Positions 16,452 through 25,536 of a stretch of 64,000 nt of DNA are shown here, piece by piece (the first letter of the stretch is position 1; every line of letters starts with the position of its first letter). The stretch lies in the IMG/VR virus record IMGVR_UViG_3300043567_000723, one strand, 5' to 3'. The position numbers were made by a program, and so were the translations under genes. Source of the DNA: a virus. Taxonomy: Duplodnaviria; Caudoviricetes. The notes under the pieces were generated by a model that did not search any database, had not been told where the DNA came from, and was given only the letters and a program-made list of their open reading frames with translations.

Positions 16452-17774
16452 ATGGACAGCTTATCTGCGCTTGATCCGCTTAGCTGGGAGCCTGACTATC
16501 TGCGGGACCATCCCGCCTACGCCGCCGGCAATGCGCTGGGCTGGCTGTACCGCGGCGACAAGCAAGCCGCGACGAATTATCCGCTCACAGGCCGCCTGTA
16601 CTTGTCTAATTCTGGCTGGCTGATGCTTTCTGTGCCCAATGCGCTTGTGCGTGGCGTGTATGACGCCATGAGCGAGCCGGGCATTGAGCTGCCTACGGCC
16701 GCCGCGTGGTCTGTCGGCGACAAGAAAGAACTACTCAACGCGCACATCTCAGTTATGACGGCCGACGAAGTGCAGCAGGTTGGTTCTGATAACATTAACG
16801 AGCGCGGCCACATGTTTGGCTACACGCTCAGCGGTTTAAAAGAAATCACGCCGCGGTCAAACACGCCAATCAGCAAAATCTGGGCGATTCAAGTAACCGC
16901 GCCAAACTTAGCTGCCTTGCGAAAAAGCTACGGCTTATCTGCGCTGCCGAATAACGACGAGCAGTTTCATATCACAGTAGCTGTGCGTAAACGCGGCGTT
17001 CTTCTCGACAACGGCAAGGCCAAGGGTTACGAAACCGCTGCCGAAAGCACCGAGGGGCGGCGGTTTAGTAACCCCATTAGCCGGGGCGCGCTAAAAGCTG
17101 CTGCCGCGGATGACACCACGTACGACTGCAGTTGCTCTGGGGCGTGCACTTGCCCCGAGACTTGCACGTGCAAACAAAATGGGCGCTGCGGCGCCCCGCA
17201 CAAAGCCGCCGCGCTTTCCCGATCGGGAGCAAAACTTTCCCGAGCGGGACAAAACGACCTGTTAGTGGGCGGAAAAGCCGACAATGTTCCCGATCGGGAA
17301 ATTTCTACACCAGCGTTAGCCGAAGGAGCTAAACATGAGCACGAACACACAGACAATGATCAAATCGCCCGCGAAATTGCCAAAGATCATCTGTCCGAAG
17401 ACCCGCGCTACTACGAAAAAGTCAAAGAAATAGAGAAAGCGAGTTACGCGGCGCAGAATTCTGCTGGCAGTGTGTACGCGCAGCAGTTTCGCAATCTTTT
17501 GAATTTCCGTGAGCCGTTTAAATACGACCACAACAAGCCGGTGTTTCAGAATGTCACCGATCACTTGTTAAAAGCCAAGCAGCGCGGCGACTTTATCATT
17601 TCTGCACGAAACAAAGCGCACATCTACCGCTCGCAGTTAGATCCGCAGTATCGGTATCAAATGGCGCAAGCGGCTATTAATGGCACGCTGCCGCAAATGA
17701 ATACAACAGACAAGATTGTGCAAATGTACGGTAATGATATCTTTGACTCAATTGGCCGCTGGGGGAAGAAATAA
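16452..17774 (+). CDS. Multidomain protein: 2H phosphoesterase + Cys-rich segment + DUF5661-like domain
   Basis: HISV (16743) and HITV (16968) motifs; CSCSGACTCPETCTCK; GGKAD...EHEHTD...A.EIAKDHL.EDPRYY. Start moved to ATG 16452 because 16374 lies inside the tRNA. Confidence 0.75.
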   Translation: MDSLSALDPLSWEPDYLRDHPAYAAGNALGWLYRGDKQAATNYPLTGRLYLSNSGWLMLSVPNALVRGVYDAMSEPGIELPTAAAWSVGDKKELLNAHISVMTADEVQQVGSDNINERGHMFGYTLSGLKEITPRSNTPISKIWAIQVTAPNLAALRKSYGLSALPNNDEQFHITVAVRKRGVLLDNGKAKGYETAAESTEGRRFSNPISRGALKAAAADDTTYDCSCSGACTCPETCTCKQNGRCGAPHKAAALSRSGAKLSRAGQNDLLVGGKADNVPDREISTPALAEGAKHEHEHTDNDQIAREIAKDHLSEDPRYYEKVKEIEKASYAAQNSAGSVYAQQFRNLLNFREPFKYDHNKPVFQNVTDHLLKAKQRGDFIISARNKAHIYRSQLDPQYRYQMAQAAINGTLPQMNTTDKIVQMYGNDIFDSIGRWGKK

Positions 17775-18040
17775 TGACAACACCGTGGCTCGATGCAATC
17801 AAAAAGAAGTTGGGGCTAGATAAGAAAAAGCCGCAACCAGCGCCCACGCCATCACCAGCGCCGAAGCCCTCGCCCGGTGTGATTGATTACTTGAAGGCGT
17901 TAAAGTTATTTAACGCATCGCACCTTGATAAACTAGGCCCGGCAGTTGGCTTAAGCCTGCTGACGCTTTTTTTTGCTATTAGCGGTTTATTGGCGTGGAT
18001 TGTGGTTGTGCTTAAATTCATGCTCACTCTGGCGCGCTAA
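17774..18040 (+). CDS. Small membrane protein
   Basis: Lys/Pro-rich N-terminus and C-terminal hydrophobic segment; TAATG coupling. Confidence 0.6.
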   Translation: MTTPWLDAIKKKLGLDKKKPQPAPTPSPAPKPSPGVIDYLKALKLFNASHLDKLGPAVGLSLLTLFFAISGLLAWIVVVLKFMLTLAR

Positions 18041-18043
18041 ACC

Positions 18044-19084
18044 GTGAACAACATTCATACGCTTACGACATGGCAGGCTGTACCGCAACGCATTGCGACG
18101 TTGTTACCGCTAGCGCACGCGACCAAGTTTGCACACGAGCAGGCGGCGAGTTCTGCTGGATTGCTCGCAACTTCGGTGGCGACATGGCGACCAGATCTGA
18201 ACATGATCACGCTGTATGTCCCTGACGCCATTACCAAAGAAGCTTTTGCGGTATATGAGCGCGCGGTGCAAGCCGGCGGCCGATCAACCGCAGCCGTGAC
18301 GCTCCACGGGACTGAACCTGACTGGGACGAAGAAATCGTTATTAAACGCGGCTCTTTAGTCCCGGCTCTGCCGACTGTCTGGAACACGGGCAATACGCTA
18401 CTAGGCGGCCCGACGCCGTTATCCAATGGCATCATGGCTGGCTTGCTTGCTGGTGGTACTGGCTACGGCGCTGGCATGTTAGCAGAGCAGCTGTTTCCAG
18501 AGCGTTATATTCAGCGCGGCAAGCTGCGCCGCACATTGGGCTTACTTGGCGCTGCCGGCGGCGCTGCAATGGGTGGCTTAAATGCCTACTCAAACGCAAA
18601 AGCGCTGCGCACGAGTTTTCTCAAAGGGCTGATTACAAATAACAAAACACCGGTGACGTATCCGTATCAGGTAAAAATGCAGGAGCGCGAAAAGAAGGCA
18701 TACGCGCCCTATCCCGGAGCACCCGAGCAGTCTCTGTATTCGCCGGTTGTTTCTGTGCCGCAATTCAATCAGGCCGCGTGGCAAGACGTAAACAGAGGCA
18801 TGCGGGCCGGTAATTTCCAGACATACACGCCGCCGCAATTCGCCGCAGCCACCACGGGTCTCATGACCGGTATTAGCACAAATATGCGGTCGCCCATTAT
18901 CCGCCCGATTGACGTAATTAACGGTATTGCGTCTGCCGGCGTGGGCTTGGCGACGGCGCATGTAGCCGGGCGGGCGTTATCGGCGCTTGCTGGTTTGACG
19001 CCAGAAGGTCAAAATAAGTTACAAGAAATGGGTCTCTGGGGCGGCATGATGCACGCCATGGTCCCATCGCTTTTTGGCCGTTAA
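18044..19084 (+). CDS. Gly-zipper-containing hypothetical protein
   Basis: GLLAGGTGYGAG, GLLGAAGGAAMGG segments; internal EKKAY. Confidence 0.7.
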   Translation: MNNIHTLTTWQAVPQRIATLLPLAHATKFAHEQAASSAGLLATSVATWRPDLNMITLYVPDAITKEAFAVYERAVQAGGRSTAAVTLHGTEPDWDEEIVIKRGSLVPALPTVWNTGNTLLGGPTPLSNGIMAGLLAGGTGYGAGMLAEQLFPERYIQRGKLRRTLGLLGAAGGAAMGGLNAYSNAKALRTSFLKGLITNNKTPVTYPYQVKMQEREKKAYAPYPGAPEQSLYSPVVSVPQFNQAAWQDVNRGMRAGNFQTYTPPQFAAATTGLMTGISTNMRSPIIRPIDVINGIASAGVGLATAHVAGRALSALAGLTPEGQNKLQEMGLWGGMMHAMVPSLFGR

Positions 19085-19091
19085 TTGCGTA

Positions 19092-19120
19092 TTGCAGTCT
19101 TTTTTGTTTCGGGGCATAAT
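19092..19120 (+). promoter_or_regulatory. Sigma70-type promoter
   Basis: TTGCAG (19092-19097), 17-nt spacer, CATAAT (19115-19120), upstream of the 19148 operon. Confidence 0.6.
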
Positions 19121-19147
19121 GTGTGCTCATTACTCAAGGAGTGATTT

Positions 19148-19519
19148 ATGGCTACAAAGAAAAGTGTTGAAACAGTACGTGAAGAACTGCGGGTGTTAAA
19201 CAGCGCTGTTGACGATGTAAACGTTGACAACGGTAACTGGCTAACGCCGGAATTCTGGACAATGGCCTTCGGCGCGATCACGAATCTCGTGGCTGTTGGC
19301 GTCCTCATTGGCTGGATTGACTCGTCGCAGGCTGAGTCGCTGACCAAGGCTATAACGGCGATCGTTGGTGCCACGCAAATTGTCGTGCTGAATAGCGCGT
19401 TGATTTGGAAGTATCTGTCTGGCCGCACTGAGCTGCGTGCCCAGATGGTTGACGCCCGCTATCGGTACATGGAAGCAGTGGCTGTTGAGAAAATGCGTTC
19501 AGACCGCGCGAGCAGCTAA
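19148..19519 (+). CDS. Holin-like two-TM protein
   Basis: WLTPEFW followed by two TM helices; SD AAGGAG. Confidence 0.55.
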   Translation: MATKKSVETVREELRVLNSAVDDVNVDNGNWLTPEFWTMAFGAITNLVAVGVLIGWIDSSQAESLTKAITAIVGATQIVVLNSALIWKYLSGRTELRAQMVDARYRYMEAVAVEKMRSDRASS

Positions 19520-19522
19520 CAC

Positions 19523-19927
19523 ATGACCACGGCAGAACTGCAAAAACGAATTGATGCATCCGCAGCGTTGTCGGACTTGAAGCGCAAACTCACGGACGAG
19601 ATTGCGCTTCAAGCTGACAATAGCTTTCAGTTTGATCCGTTTCTGGTTGTAATGATTATCTCTGTGCTTGTGCAGGTGATTATTCATTGCCGCGAGCAGA
19701 ATTCAGACGATGCGATTCAACAAAGCATGCGAGAACTGCGTACGCTTCCGCCCCGTAAATTAATGCGACTACGACGCCGCTTAAACAATTTATGGCGCGA
19801 GCACTGCGCTAAGACAGGTACAGAATACACACCCGATAACCCAATCGTTGGGGCTGTGTATCGGTTAAGTGATACAATTGATGACGCTGCCGCAGCCGGC
19901 CTCGTGGAGTTGGCTGCCGCGCGTTAA
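19523..19927 (+). CDS. Hypothetical protein with one TM segment
   Basis: Clean ORF in operon; hydrophobic DPFLVVMIISVLVQVII. Confidence 0.65.
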   Translation: MTTAELQKRIDASAALSDLKRKLTDEIALQADNSFQFDPFLVVMIISVLVQVIIHCREQNSDDAIQQSMRELRTLPPRKLMRLRRRLNNLWREHCAKTGTEYTPDNPIVGAVYRLSDTIDDAAAAGLVELAAAR

Positions 19928-19948
19928 TCTCTTGCAAGGATGCGCATT

Positions 19949-20773
19949 ATGGCAAGGAAGCCAACCGCACAATCAGAAGCTCATGTTATTCCTGTCGGCG
20001 AGATCCTCAAGCGTTTACACGCGCTCGGGTATTTCGGAGACAAGACACTGGCGCAGGTCAAAAAGATCAAAGGCGTCGAGTTACAGAAGGCTGTACGGGC
20101 GTTTCAGGAATTTAACGGCCTGAGCCCTACGGGCACAGTTGGCCCGAAGACCGCGCACCGGATCAACCGGCGTCGCTGCGGCCTACCTGATTTTAATATC
20201 ACGGCACCCGGCGGCGACCCGTGCAAATGGCCAATGCCCGGCGTGACGTACTACCACGATGTGCATCTGCCCGGTTTAACAGACTCGCAGGTAGCCGAAG
20301 CGTACGACATTGCATTCAGCCAGTGGGCCGAAGTGTGCAATCTGAATCCGTCGCGTGTTGATGCCGCGAACAAAGCTAATATTTATGCTCGTTCTGGCGT
20401 CGGTAAGAAGTACGGTTTAGATAACAAAGGCGGCACGTTGGCGTGGAGCGAGTTACCGTGCGGTGTTGCTGAAAACATCCAGCTTGATCAGATGTTTGAC
20501 GAGGCAGAAGACTGGTCTTTTAATATGGCCGTCGCTGTCATCTGCCACGAGCTTGGTCACGCATTGGGCCTGCCGCATTTAAATTCCGGCAATCTTATGG
20601 CGCCGTATTACGACCCAAACGTCACAAAACCGCAAGATGGTGACGTTGTAGAGATAGTGAAGTTATACGGTAAACGAACAGCGGCGTATCCCATTACGCA
20701 AGATGCCGGATTACAAATTAACGGTACGCTTACAATTAATGGTCGTCCGTATGTTCTTGTGCCGCAGACGTGA
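19949..20773 (+). CDS. Matrixin-like (M10) metalloprotease with PG-binding-like prodomain and cysteine switch
   Basis: AVRAFQEFNGL..TG.VGPKT, RRCGLPD, HELGHALGLPH, LMAPYY (Met-turn). Confidence 0.9.
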   Translation: MARKPTAQSEAHVIPVGEILKRLHALGYFGDKTLAQVKKIKGVELQKAVRAFQEFNGLSPTGTVGPKTAHRINRRRCGLPDFNITAPGGDPCKWPMPGVTYYHDVHLPGLTDSQVAEAYDIAFSQWAEVCNLNPSRVDAANKANIYARSGVGKKYGLDNKGGTLAWSELPCGVAENIQLDQMFDEAEDWSFNMAVAVICHELGHALGLPHLNSGNLMAPYYDPNVTKPQDGDVVEIVKLYGKRTAAYPITQDAGLQINGTLTINGRPYVLVPQT

Positions 20774-20808
20774 TAAAATAACAATAACACACAATCGTTG
20801 GAGAAATT

Positions 20809-21090
20809 ATGACTATGAATACGTTTCAGCTTGTTTTAGCCGGTCTTTTTCTTGTAGCGCTTGTTGCGACCTATCGTGACACGCTGCTTGGTTTTTTAAA
20901 GAAGCGCGGCGTAGCCGCCGTATCGGGCGTGCAGGAATCGATCGCTGTCCCGCTCGTCAACGACATCTTGGCGGTGACCAAGCTGCGTGACAAACTTTCT
21001 GCAGAAGGCTGCACGGCGGGCGTTGATGCCTGCACAGCTTTGCTGCGCGTGATTGTCGAGTATGAACAGCCGTCAAAGGGTGTTGTATGA
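20809..21090 (+). CDS. Small membrane-anchored protein
   Basis: N-terminal hydrophobic helix; SD GGAG. Confidence 0.65.
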   Translation: MTMNTFQLVLAGLFLVALVATYRDTLLGFLKKRGVAAVSGVQESIAVPLVNDILAVTKLRDKLSAEGCTAGVDACTALLRVIVEYEQPSKGVV

Positions 21091-21542
21091 AAAAAGTAGT
21101 TTGGATTCTCGGTTTACTGCTGCTGCTGTCGTTTGTGTTTCCAAACGGCCTACCCGGTTTGCACACACCGACCGACACAGACGTAACGCCCGTTGTGCCC
21201 GCCGGGCCAACTGACGCGAAAATTGTTGAAGTATTAACTGGGTCTGACGCCGCTGATCGCGCGCGCATTGCGGGTGTGTACGCTGGTTTAATCCACGTGC
21301 TAAATCGCGACGGCGGAAAGAAACTGATCACAACGACTGAAAAGTTTGCGATGCTGCAGGCCAATACACTCGGCGTAGCTATTGATACGCCGGGCGAGTA
21401 TCCGGGGCTCGACACCGCAATTGAGAGCGTGTTTTTAACGGCTGTGGGTTCTGATGACGTCGTACCCGTTACGCCGGAACTGGTCACAAAGTTGGTCGAT
21501 GCTTGTGCTGTTATTGTCAATTCGGCTACTACGGCTAAATAA
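21087..21542 (+). CDS. Exported protein with signal peptide
   Basis: MKKVVWILGLLLLLSFVF signal-like N-terminus. Confidence 0.7.
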   Translation: MKKVVWILGLLLLLSFVFPNGLPGLHTPTDTDVTPVVPAGPTDAKIVEVLTGSDAADRARIAGVYAGLIHVLNRDGGKKLITTTEKFAMLQANTLGVAIDTPGEYPGLDTAIESVFLTAVGSDDVVPVTPELVTKLVDACAVIVNSATTAK

Positions 21543-21545
21543 CAA

Positions 21546-22001
21546 ATGCCGCTCACGCTGTCTGTACTGTTATTGTGTTTGATCGTTTGGCTGTTGGCCG
21601 TGATGTACGCCCACCTGAACATGGTGGACTATCCATCGCGGCCGCAGGGATTAGAGTTGGTACAAATTAGGAGTAATATCGCTATGGCTGATGTTTTAAC
21701 GTATCGTGTTTCTGCCGCCGCCCCGGTTGACGCTGACGTGGTCTCGCGCGTTGTTACGCTCAAGATCAACGGCGAAGACAAGGGCGCTCGGACGTTTGAG
21801 GGCGCTGTAACTGATCTCGGCACCGTCGCCGCGCCGCAAGGTGCGGAAGTCGAGCTGTCGCTGGTCGACGTAGATGACGCGGGCAACATTTCGCAGCCTG
21901 CTACATATACGTTCACGGCTGTTGATACCCTGCCGCCGGCCGTTCCCGGCGCGTTCAATGTCACGCTGGTCAGCGAAGCTCCCGAAGAGCCCGCTGTCTG
22001 A
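21546..22001 (+). CDS. Ig/FN3-like beta-sandwich protein; possible second start at 21684
   Basis: VDVDDAGNISQPA...DTLPPAVPG FN3-like ending; internal AGGAG-ATG at 21684. Confidence 0.55.
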   Translation: MPLTLSVLLLCLIVWLLAVMYAHLNMVDYPSRPQGLELVQIRSNIAMADVLTYRVSAAAPVDADVVSRVVTLKINGEDKGARTFEGAVTDLGTVAAPQGAEVELSLVDVDDAGNISQPATYTFTAVDTLPPAVPGAFNVTLVSEAPEEPAV

Positions 22002-22022
22002 ATCTAATGTCGGAGTCATTCC

Positions 22023-23048
22023 ATGGCCAATACAGAGAACTTCTTTGAAAACGTTTATGACGTTGTGGCAGCGTACGAAGGCGGCTACGTGGGGGCTTAC
22101 AGCAACCCCGAAGCAGCTGAAGCGCTCCGCGATCAGATTAAAGCCGCCGGTGGTATTCCCGACGGCGCCATGGCATGCTCGACATATAAACTTGAAGAAA
22201 CTGGCAAGGGCAGGTTAAGTTTGCCGTTTCTTGAGATCCTGAAGCTCTACCCGGACGCCCTGCCGGGTGGAGCGCAGGGTCGCGGTGACTGTGTAAGTTG
22301 GTCGACGCGAAACGCCTGTCTCGGCACGATGTGCTGCGAGATTACAAGCGGTGTTCCCGACCCCAACAGCAACCGGCTTGAGGGTGCGCCGGAAGTAAGT
22401 GACACCGCGCGGCTTAACGGCGTGTTAAGCACTGAGGCGTTTTACAATTGGCGCCGACACGGTGGCGACGGCTGGAGCTGCGCTGAAGCCGCGCAAGTAG
22501 CCTTAAACGATTCTGGTCTCTGGCTTCGAAAGAAGTACGACGAGATCGATGTTGACTTTACGCAGTACAGTTCGCGGAACGCCGGTATTTACGGGAGCCG
22601 AACGCCCCCGGAATCATGGCGCGCGATCGGTAAAGATCACCGCGTGCAGACAATCACAGAAGTAGAAGAGTATGAAGCGCTGCGCGATCTTTTAGCCAAC
22701 GGTTACTGTATAAGTAGCTGCGGTAGTGAAGGATTTTCAGATAAACGAGATGAACATGGCGTCAGTCGTCGTCGTGGTAGTTGGGCCCACGCGCTCGCAT
22801 ATCTCGCTGTAGACGACCGGCCTGAAACGATTAAGTTATATGGTGAGCCGCTTGTATTAGTTCAAAACTCGTGGGGCGCGTGGAATGACGGAAGTCGGCG
22901 TATTTTAGGCACTACGATCGATATTCCTGTTGGTGCTTTCTGGGCGCTCTGGTCAGATATTAAAAACCGCTATATGGTAGCTATCTCTGGCGTAAACGGT
23001 TGGCCGCCGAAGAAGCTCAAGAGTTATGGCGCGCTCGGTAACATATAA
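22023..23048 (+). CDS. Papain-like cysteine protease (C1-like)
   Basis: QGRGDCVSW (Gln/Cys), WAHAL (His), QNSWG (Asn). Confidence 0.85.
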   Translation: MANTENFFENVYDVVAAYEGGYVGAYSNPEAAEALRDQIKAAGGIPDGAMACSTYKLEETGKGRLSLPFLEILKLYPDALPGGAQGRGDCVSWSTRNACLGTMCCEITSGVPDPNSNRLEGAPEVSDTARLNGVLSTEAFYNWRRHGGDGWSCAEAAQVALNDSGLWLRKKYDEIDVDFTQYSSRNAGIYGSRTPPESWRAIGKDHRVQTITEVEEYEALRDLLANGYCISSCGSEGFSDKRDEHGVSRRRGSWAHALAYLAVDDRPETIKLYGEPLVLVQNSWGAWNDGSRRILGTTIDIPVGAFWALWSDIKNRYMVAISGVNGWPPKKLKSYGALGNI

Positions 23049-23084
23049 GCGCAACGTGTTGCAATAATCGAAAAAGGACGACAT

Positions 23085-23429
23085 ATGTTTGAATGGCTTG
23101 TTCTCGCAGTTCCGGTGACATATGCCGAACCACCCAAGAAAGACTATATCGGGGTGGTCGCTGCAGAGGCTGCTTATGCTTCTTTGCTTCCTGACGCGGC
23201 GCCTGTAAAGCCACTCGTAGACACAAAAGACTGCAAGCGCTGCAACGGCACAGGTCGGATCCGCACGGGCGACGACATTAACTGGACGGACTGCCCGGAC
23301 TGTGAACCGAAAGACGGCTCTATCAAAGAATCGGGCCCGCTGCCGTCCATGCGTTTACAGGTTAAGCCCCTGCCGCCGGTTAAAACGAGTGATTGCGAAA
23401 CCGGTCGTTGTCCAGCTCCTCGCACGTAA
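23085..23429 (+). CDS. Exported protein with CxxCxGxG zinc-finger
   Basis: CKRCNGTG...CPDC; C-terminal CETGRCP. Confidence 0.65.
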   Translation: MFEWLVLAVPVTYAEPPKKDYIGVVAAEAAYASLLPDAAPVKPLVDTKDCKRCNGTGRIRTGDDINWTDCPDCEPKDGSIKESGPLPSMRLQVKPLPPVKTSDCETGRCPAPRT

Positions 23430-23437
23430 GGTGTTGA

Positions 23438-23929
23438 ATGTCTGTGTCTCAGTCGTCTGGCAAATGCTATAGCTACCGCGGTCTCAAATTTTACGCCAAA
23501 AACGGCTTTGTTTGTCTGCATGACGAGCAGACTGGCGAGTTTTATGTTTTAACGCGCCGTGAGTTTCTTCAACGCGCGCAGGCAATTAGCGACGAGGCCA
23601 AGCGGCTGCGCACAATGGCTGCGTCAAATCCAGCTCAGGCCGCGTGGATGTCCGCCGACCGCATGGATTTACAGGTGGCTATTGATAATATGGTCGCCTG
23701 TACCAAGGAAGCCAAAGAGCAGGGCGACCGCAACGATCCCGCTGTAGATGCGTGGTTTACAAGACACCGCCCGGGCAGAAAGAGTAAGATATCGATGGCT
23801 AGCGGAGCTAACTTTAAGACGGCGTTGCCGGGTGTTTTACCGTTGGGTAAAGATACCGGAAAATATGTAACGCCGGACTTTACTGTTGGCGCGCAGCCGA
23901 AAAAACTTATTCTGCCCGGAGAATTTTGA
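23438..23929 (+). CDS. Hypothetical protein
   Basis: 163-aa ORF abutting its neighbours. Confidence 0.7.
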   Translation: MSVSQSSGKCYSYRGLKFYAKNGFVCLHDEQTGEFYVLTRREFLQRAQAISDEAKRLRTMAASNPAQAAWMSADRMDLQVAIDNMVACTKEAKEQGDRNDPAVDAWFTRHRPGRKSKISMASGANFKTALPGVLPLGKDTGKYVTPDFTVGAQPKKLILPGEF

Positions 23930-23930
23930 C

Positions 23931-24287
23931 ATGGACGTCACGGAAAAAGAAGCTTTTAAGCTCGGTTTTCTGCAGCGCTGCGCCGAAGAAGCGCTTGACG
24001 CTACAGCCCTTGAGCAGCGTGTAAACGCAGCTGACGCATTTGCCAAGTGCGGTTTTGATATGAGTTCGTTGTCCAACGCAGGGAATATGGCTGGCAATAT
24101 TGCCTACGCCCCGCTTCTGCTTGCGACAGCTGGTGGCGGGTTAGCGGGACATCTGGCCGGTAAGTTAACTGAGCCCGATGTAGACGAAGAAGATCTCAAG
24201 GCGCGAGAATTAGCCGCGGCGTACAAGGCGTACGCCGCTAGGGCTAAGACAAACAAAAAGTTACGGTTGTATCGTCCAGAAAGGTAA
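23931..24287 (+). CDS. Small Gly-zipper protein with leader related to the KxA family
   Basis: EKEAFKLGFLQRCAE...AKCG; LLATAGGGLAGHLAG. Confidence 0.7.
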   Translation: MDVTEKEAFKLGFLQRCAEEALDATALEQRVNAADAFAKCGFDMSSLSNAGNMAGNIAYAPLLLATAGGGLAGHLAGKLTEPDVDEEDLKARELAAAYKAYAARAKTNKKLRLYRPER

Positions 24288-24290
24288 TTT

Positions 24291-24638
24291 GTGAGTTTGC
24301 GCAAATATCACGGAGAAATTGGCGGGCAGCAGCACGCCAACCAGAATTTAAACTGGCCGGGAACTCTGGACGGTTTTCCTGTTATCGGCAACGGAAATCG
24401 GGCCGACCTAAAACAGGACGAACTCGAAAATATTGACCTGCGATACGATTTTAAATCGCACATGTTCGAGTTATGGGATCCGCAGCAAAAGACGGAATTT
24501 GACGACATCAATGATAAAATAGTCAACGGCTGGTATCGGCTGCTGAAACGCAGCGATAACTGGGACGACGAGAAAAAACATTTTCGTATCTGGCTGGAGT
24601 GGGCGCAGGTTTACGGCATGCTTCCGCCAAAGATGTGA
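24291..24638 (+). CDS. Hypothetical protein
   Basis: 115-aa ORF, GTG start, in operon. Confidence 0.7.
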   Translation: MSLRKYHGEIGGQQHANQNLNWPGTLDGFPVIGNGNRADLKQDELENIDLRYDFKSHMFELWDPQQKTEFDDINDKIVNGWYRLLKRSDNWDDEKKHFRIWLEWAQVYGMLPPKM

Positions 24639-24650
24639 ACGAGGATATAA

Positions 24651-25532
24651 ATGACCACCAACATTAAAACAGCTGCCAATGGAACACCTGTCTCAGCCCC
24701 TGTTGGACAACCTACGCCCCAAGATTTCCAGCGTTTCTGGGGTGACCGCATTGTGCGTACTGGCGTCGGTGGTCTTGGTCTTGGTGCTGGCGCTGCAAGC
24801 CTTTATTACTTGGCGCGCGGTTTGTCGCAGGCTTTGCGCGACAGGAAGCCCGTAGAAGAAGAAGACGAAAACGTACCGGCTACTGCCGTGGTCGCGGGCA
24901 ACAAAATGGCCGGGCTGTATGACAATATGGCAACGGGCACCGGAAAAATGCTGCCCGACAGCCTCGCTGATTTTTTAAAGCCTTTCACGCCGGCAATTCG
25001 GCCCGGCAAAGACAACACGTTTGATCCGAATGTCATTCGGTCTTCTTTCGGCACAGCAGCCACGCTTGGCGCTGGCGCGCTTGGCACATATGGCGGTTAC
25101 AAGCTCATTAGCGCGCTGCACGGTATGAAAAAGAAACGCGATCGGCAAGCTGAGATCGACGAAGCTGAGCAAGCATATTACGACGCGCTTACTGGCAGCG
25201 GCGGCAATAAGCTGGCCGGCGTTTATGACACAGCGAGCGAGAAAGCTGCTGCAGAAAAAATGGCGAACCCGCTGGAGTTGCTTAGCGGCATGTGGGATAC
25301 GGCAAAACGCGTGCCAGCAGCTGTTGGCGGCGGCTACGTTGCTACTGGTTTGGGTCTCGGCGGCCTTGCCGCGAAACTAATGTATGACCGCGCCCGTGAA
25401 CGCTCTAAGGCCAAAGCAGTCGAAGAGGCTGCACGCTCCAAAGCGCGCATCGCCGGGATTCTGCCGACATACGTTGACCCGGATGAAATTGTCGCCTTAA
25501 AGCAGCGAGCCGAACAAGCGCAGGCAGGGTGA
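24651..25532 (+). CDS. KxA-motif Gly-zipper protein
   Basis: IKTAA, NKMAG, NKLAG, EKMAN each followed by a Gly-rich hydrophobic segment. Confidence 0.75.
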   Translation: MTTNIKTAANGTPVSAPVGQPTPQDFQRFWGDRIVRTGVGGLGLGAGAASLYYLARGLSQALRDRKPVEEEDENVPATAVVAGNKMAGLYDNMATGTGKMLPDSLADFLKPFTPAIRPGKDNTFDPNVIRSSFGTAATLGAGALGTYGGYKLISALHGMKKKRDRQAEIDEAEQAYYDALTGSGGNKLAGVYDTASEKAAAEKMANPLELLSGMWDTAKRVPAAVGGGYVATGLGLGGLAAKLMYDRARERSKAKAVEEAARSKARIAGILPTYVDPDEIVALKQRAEQAQAG

Positions 25533-25536
25533 TGCT

